In this document: one piece after another, positions 55,201 through 61,200 of the stretch
Layout of the letters: the number at the start of each line of letters is the position of its first letter
Position numbering within the stretch: position 1 is the first letter of the stretch
Assembly (NCBI GenBank): GCA_002633005.1
Contig: NMRA01000142.1
Coordinates: 186,001 to 250,000, forward strand
DNA: 64,000 nt
From: Phoronis australis
Lineage: Eukaryota; Animalia; Phoronida
Direction of reading: 5' to 3'
Made by a program: the position numbers and the translations under genes
The notes under the pieces: model-generated
The model's database searches: none
What the model saw: only the letters and a program-made list of their open reading frames with translations
What the model was told of the DNA's origin: nothing

Positions 55201-58200
55201 AACTTTTGATCTTCACCAAAGTAGTTTTCCTGTAAAGAATTTCAGAAAATTTGATTTAAACGCTGGTCATAGAATCACAGCACACGTGGCATGCATAGAA
55301 CAAGACAGCTGTGTTAAACCAACTGACAACTCCCTGGCAAGGTCAATTATAAAATGCTGGTAAACTAATTATGAAAATAGGTAACAGTTTTTTAAACACA
55401 TTCGAAACAACACTGAAAATAAATTCAATGTCACAAAGCTAGAATCAATTAAACATTTCCAACTCCTGAAAAGATTTCCAAAAAATCAGTAGCACTGAAA
55501 AAATACCTTGAGATGAAGGAAATTCCTCAGCAGGGTGCCATAAACACAGACTGTGGTTGGACCTACATTGAGTACAACCTCAAACAGATCAGGGTCGAGA
55601 CTTGTTGGATCAAAGCTTTCAGAACGGACGCTGCTAAGACGCCTCGTTGGTTTCAGGGGCAGGAGAGGTACAAGAAGACGATCTTCCAGCTCGGGCGTGG
55701 TCATACTGAAGTCCTCCTCCCCCAGTTCCTGCAGGTTGGGTGTGGGGTGGTAGGTGTAGATGAGATTCAGGGCCACAATAGGGCTGGAGATGCAATCAAT
55801 CCAACCCAAACTGTAACAAGTAGCGGACCATAGTACAAGTAGTTGGGTGGCAACAGGGACACAAAAGTGATTACATCACACCCCTAGCAACTGCTCCAAA
55901 GTGGAGACGAACCATATGGCAGTGGCCCATTCCCTTGCACTAAACACTTTTGTTCAAAACACCAAAATTCAACAAAATTAATTATTATAAAATCTGAAGC
56001 TCATGCCACAGGAACTGTGAACCGTGCAGACTAGCTTACGAAGCACATAGTTATGTGCTAAAACAGAGTATAAATGGTGATTTTTCAGTTACAAATTTCC
56101 ACCTAATGTAATTTCCTCCAGAGAAGTGGTAAAGGTTGGAACCAATTTGGTGAAATCTCCTAGACTACCCGAGCATGGTGGCGTCACACTTTCCGTCCAT
56201 ATGGGGTTAACAAAAAGGCGTTCCTGTCCAGGTCACAACAAGAGGTATAGAACAGTACTTAGAGGGGTGAATGTACGACCATAATTTTATAATCTAAATT
56301 GGACCTCAAAAGTTTGAAAACAGGAATAGGAAAATGGAGTATTGAGGGTACCGTAAAAACACACTCACAGCTATACTCAAAGGAGACACGAAAATTGGAA
56401 GAACTCTAACACAAGCGACAACAGGGAAGACATTTAATTTGCAGTTCTCAAAAAATAGTCATAATTGTCTGCTTGGTAAAAATCACTATGTTCTGGATCA
56501 AATTTTCATCAGTCTAGTTTCTTTTCACCATAACTTCACAAAACAAGGACCAACTATGAGAAGATCGTATCATTGATGCCATCAACTGCATTACGTACAC
56601 AGGAATTTTCTGCACTTGATTTCATCTACTTACCTCTTCTTTGTTACTCTCCTGAATTGGTGGTCTCGATCACTACCATAGGGTCCTTCTTGCACTTGGC
56701 CATTTCTGTCAATTATCTTCATGTTTTCCGACAGTGCCAATATCATCTGAGACGTTGTGTTGGTCTCAGGGAGATGTATGCGCACATCCACATTCTCCGC
56801 CTAGTGAAACAAACAGAAAAATTGTGTGTCTCCTGTACATCATTTCCCTAATGCGGACATGTTTCTACAGTCAGTGTAAAAAAATCGGGAAGAGTTAGTT
56901 TGTACAAACCTTAGAGTCAAATTACTTAAATCTACACCATTTTTTTCTATTGGCAACTTATGAAAGGTGTGGCAAGGCAAAATCTCCTAAACGAAAACCG
57001 TACAAAAAATATAAAATAAAAGCAAAAAATATTCAAGAAGAACTATTGTGTAGTACAAAGAGTGATCACACTGGATTGAAATATGAGCCGTACTTACCTT
57101 GATAAGGAGCGTCATAGCAACCATTGGTGGGAGGAAATCATCGTAGGGAAGGGTCAACGAAACTTCAAGAATTTCTCCACCAGCAGCAATATGGGCTATC
57201 AAGGACAAAACGTGAATCTGTACCATCTCATACAATCACCTATCATCAGTACATTTAATATGTAATTTCTTACTGTGTTCTCAGTGTCCATGTTAATTGT
57301 TTTTCATCCAAGTTACGTTAAACTTGAGGAAAATATCTCGATATGCAATGTTCAAGACAACCAACAACTCGTACTAAGTAATCGGCTACTGACACTTTTC
57401 TCGTTCAATATCCGATCCATGGTGATAACAATGGGCCACTCACTGTTCACTTGGTGGTGCCAATAAATAAAGGTCGCTCTGTTTGACGTGTGAGCAGATT
57501 GAGAGCAGAAAGCAATTCACCAGCATGTAGGTCTTTGGATGATAAAGGATTCACGCGTTTTACATGTCAATTTGAATTTAAGCATTTCCATGGGAGGGTC
57601 CATTGCTTCGCTTGCAATACCTTGAGAATTTTAAGTATTCGACTCTATTTACTTTTTTTTTAGGAAAATCATTTTTTTAGATTATGACATGCAGTGCTAT
57701 AATATATAAGGACAATAAAAATGTGCCTGCATTTTAGCTGACATGAATTCACATCAGGATTTAGTCGGTAAACCAACACTTAAACAGGGTTGGAAGTCCG
57801 CGCAGTGAAAGTGTAGAATCAAATGCCACACACACATCACACTCGAAATGAACATCGAATATTAACCTGCACACGTCGAAACTTAGATTGTATGAACACA
57901 TTTATCTTCAGAATTAATTTCGAATATAACTTTACAGAAATCAAGCACTTCGAAAGAACTTATACACTCGAAGATTCGACTTTTTACTATTTGCTTATCA
58001 CTCAGTCTGCAATTTGCATTTTTGTGAACTTGTGAACTGAAGCAGTCACTTGCCCGACAGGCTGGCATTCGAGTCACTCACTGAATGATGTAATTAGGTC
58101 AAAAACTAAAGGTTACACGATTTGATTCATTGTTGTTAGAGAAAGGTAAAAAGAGGCAAAATATAACCGGTAAGACTGTTTACGGTTTTCTAAACGTGTC

Positions 58201-61200
58201 AAGGGATTTTGATTTGGTTTACTTAGTACTTACACACTGAACAAGAATTTTCCTACGGTGATTCTTTTGATTTATATCTATTTCACCAAGGGGTGAAAAG
58301 CCCTCCGGTGAACCTGCAGCTCTGTTTAAGGATTATGACAAATGAACAACAGTCTAATATCAGGGTGATCAACATCCACAGCATTGTTCATGGAAATTTT
58401 CTTTTTATCATTCATCGTTGCTCATTTCTTAAAATGTTTTTGGCTGCATGAATTAAGTCAAAATAATGATAAAAAGAGCCTAAAAAGAGGAAACTGGAAA
58501 TCGAAATGAAAGAAAATCAAACCAAAAAAGAGGAAATCCTCTTAAAAGAGAGAAATTCCAAGCCCTGGTGAAAAAATAATCAACCAAAATCGTGTATGGT
58601 AACCCATTTCGTATTAACATTTAACAAGTTGTTACTATGGATTTCATCCTCTTAAAATGAGGCTCTAAGACTCCGCCCCTATATGAATACACTACCATTC
58701 TCCTGATTGGTTGAGGTGCAGTCTATCCAGTTGTACTCATTGGTGAGGGTGACCAGTTCAAACTCTTGCAGTGTAATGTTTAAACGCCAAGTGTAAGGTA
58801 CGAAGCTGTAGATATCTGGCACCGACTTACTCGACCAGTCTTCTATCATGTCTAATAGAAAGCAACAAGATTAAATGCCAACGAAACAACTATACACTTC
58901 TATTTCTACTAGGCCTACATTAAAATTAAGTTTGACCTCTCGTAACCAGCTGTATATTACATGCCCCAAAGTATTTTAAATGTAAAGGGGAATCATTTTT
59001 TGGATTAAAAAGAAAATATTTCAGCAACAATACTGTTGTTGAAATATTTGTACAACTTATAAAATATTGCACTCTGGCAATTACTCTAGAGCAGACAGAA
59101 AGCACACTTAATCAGCCAAACATAATCTAATCATTACCAATAGAAAAGCAGCATCTACAACATATTTAATACATATTTTACAACTTAATATTCAGACATT
59201 TATATGAGTGCAGACATTAAAAAAATCGCCATGGCGAGTCAGTGAAATAATCATCTTCCTTCATCAGTGTACAATTGTTGTTCAGTAGGAGTCAGTGAAA
59301 TAATCATCTTCCTTCATCAGTGTACAATTGTTGTTCAGTAGGAGTCAGGACAATAATCAATACTCATTGCATTAGTACTACGTGTTAACGTTAGAATCTC
59401 CAGCTTATTGGCATGGCTCACACTGTAGGAAAACTTTGTGCTGAAATATAAACTGCAAGGTAGCCTTGCAGCCTTTCAGGTCAACCTGCCAATCTTGTAG
59501 ACTATTCCATTCTCGTGGGTAGTGAATATTCAGGTCAAACTGCAAAGAAACGTTAAATATCATCACAAACGAATATCAATTTACTGACCAAAATCAACCA
59601 AGCAAACAACCTTTTCTAAATTCATTGAACAAAAGTTAGGTTACGGTTAAGTTCCAAGACATAAATCTGCACAATTTGACTTAAAACAATTAAATTGAAA
59701 TGCAAATTAAAATTGAGAAGCAAAAGCACCCATTATATTGAATGGAATTCAACCGTAACTAACAGACTGTAGATGCTTGACATTTTTACGAAAAAATGTA
59801 TGTTGGAAGACAATTACCTTGCTCTACATTGAGGGAATAATTCAAAATCAAAAGATCAACTCCAATTTTCAACTAAGGGAGTATGATAGACTAAATACTA
59901 TATACTAGGCACACATTAAGGCGAATTCCATTTGCTGAAAGCCTTTACCACAGCATATTAGTCCTTCTACATTCCATGATGTACAATTTTAACTGGTGAG
60001 CAACTTATCATATTTTAATCATACACAGGATTCAATAATTGACGAAAGAACTTAGTTTTTGTGTGAATCAATGTTATTAGCATTTAATAATTAATTCTTA
60101 TTTGGAGGAGTGATTGAAATTTATTTATGGTACTAACATTTTTTTTGAAGCACAATTTTACATCAGAAGCCTCTACCATTCCCTAGTTTTGATCTGAACA
60201 GACATTGAAACAAGTTGCACTTCAAAACAAACAAACAAAAATTCTCAGGATGAAAATCTAAACACACCTCCAAAGTCTCTGAGTGAAGAAACTCCCTGAA
60301 TTGCATACTGGTAGTACCGTCAAAATGTAGCAACTGTCCGTAGACATGGGTGGTATAGCCTTCCTGTTGAACCACATACGGTATGATGGCTTCTACATAG
60401 GAGGCCGGGCCACAGTTCAAATGGATAGCCTGAGTCTCCTGAAGCGAGATTATTGATGAAAATGAGGTAAATGGTTAGCAGTGAATAATTCCACTGTAAC
60501 ATGCATCATTCTACAGTGTGTCAAATTGATTCTAATTTTTAATTTTTAATTGACAGACTCTAGCCTTTCTGTAGCATATAGGTTATAACATTTTATCTAT
60601 TAGAGAAAAATTTCATAAAACATGCGGAATGTATAATCTAAAAATTTTTTGAAATGCAACATGACTAACTAGGCACTTAGATAAATTATCGACAGTTGTC
60701 TAATGCATATTATGAGGAAAATTCATACATAGACATTCGGCCAGGGAGCAAAATTAAATATACTTACTGAATTCATTGTAAACAATATGTCTATAGAAGC
60801 GTCGGCCAATATATTCATTCTAAAATCAAAGCTGCGGAACTGCCTCTTTTGCCCAGGTTCTGGTACCTTAGACACTTCCATGGTCTGATAGTCGGCAGGG
60901 TAAAAGAACTTGTACAACTGTTCCCTGCAAAGAACGAAACATTATAATTAAGGCAACGATAATTGTGATAGTATAAAAACAATGGAAATAAAAGCAGTAA
61001 TACCGGAATTTTCTGTAGATAAGCCCATCTGATGAAAAGCCCATGAGCTTTTATTCGATGTTACAATTTCGGGTGTCTAGTGTCCAGATAGTGGGACGCT
61101 TATTTGCAAAATGTCCTCTTAAAAGGCCACTCAGCATTGACTTTTAGCCACAAATTCAGTATTGTAGAACATTTGTCACTTCATAAAATGAATAAAGTGT

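Noticed and set aside
58361-58567. Complete hAT-like element (CAGGG...CCCTG)
   Set aside because: Only 5 bp of terminal match and no 8-bp target-site duplication; kept only as a possible relative of the end at ~790.
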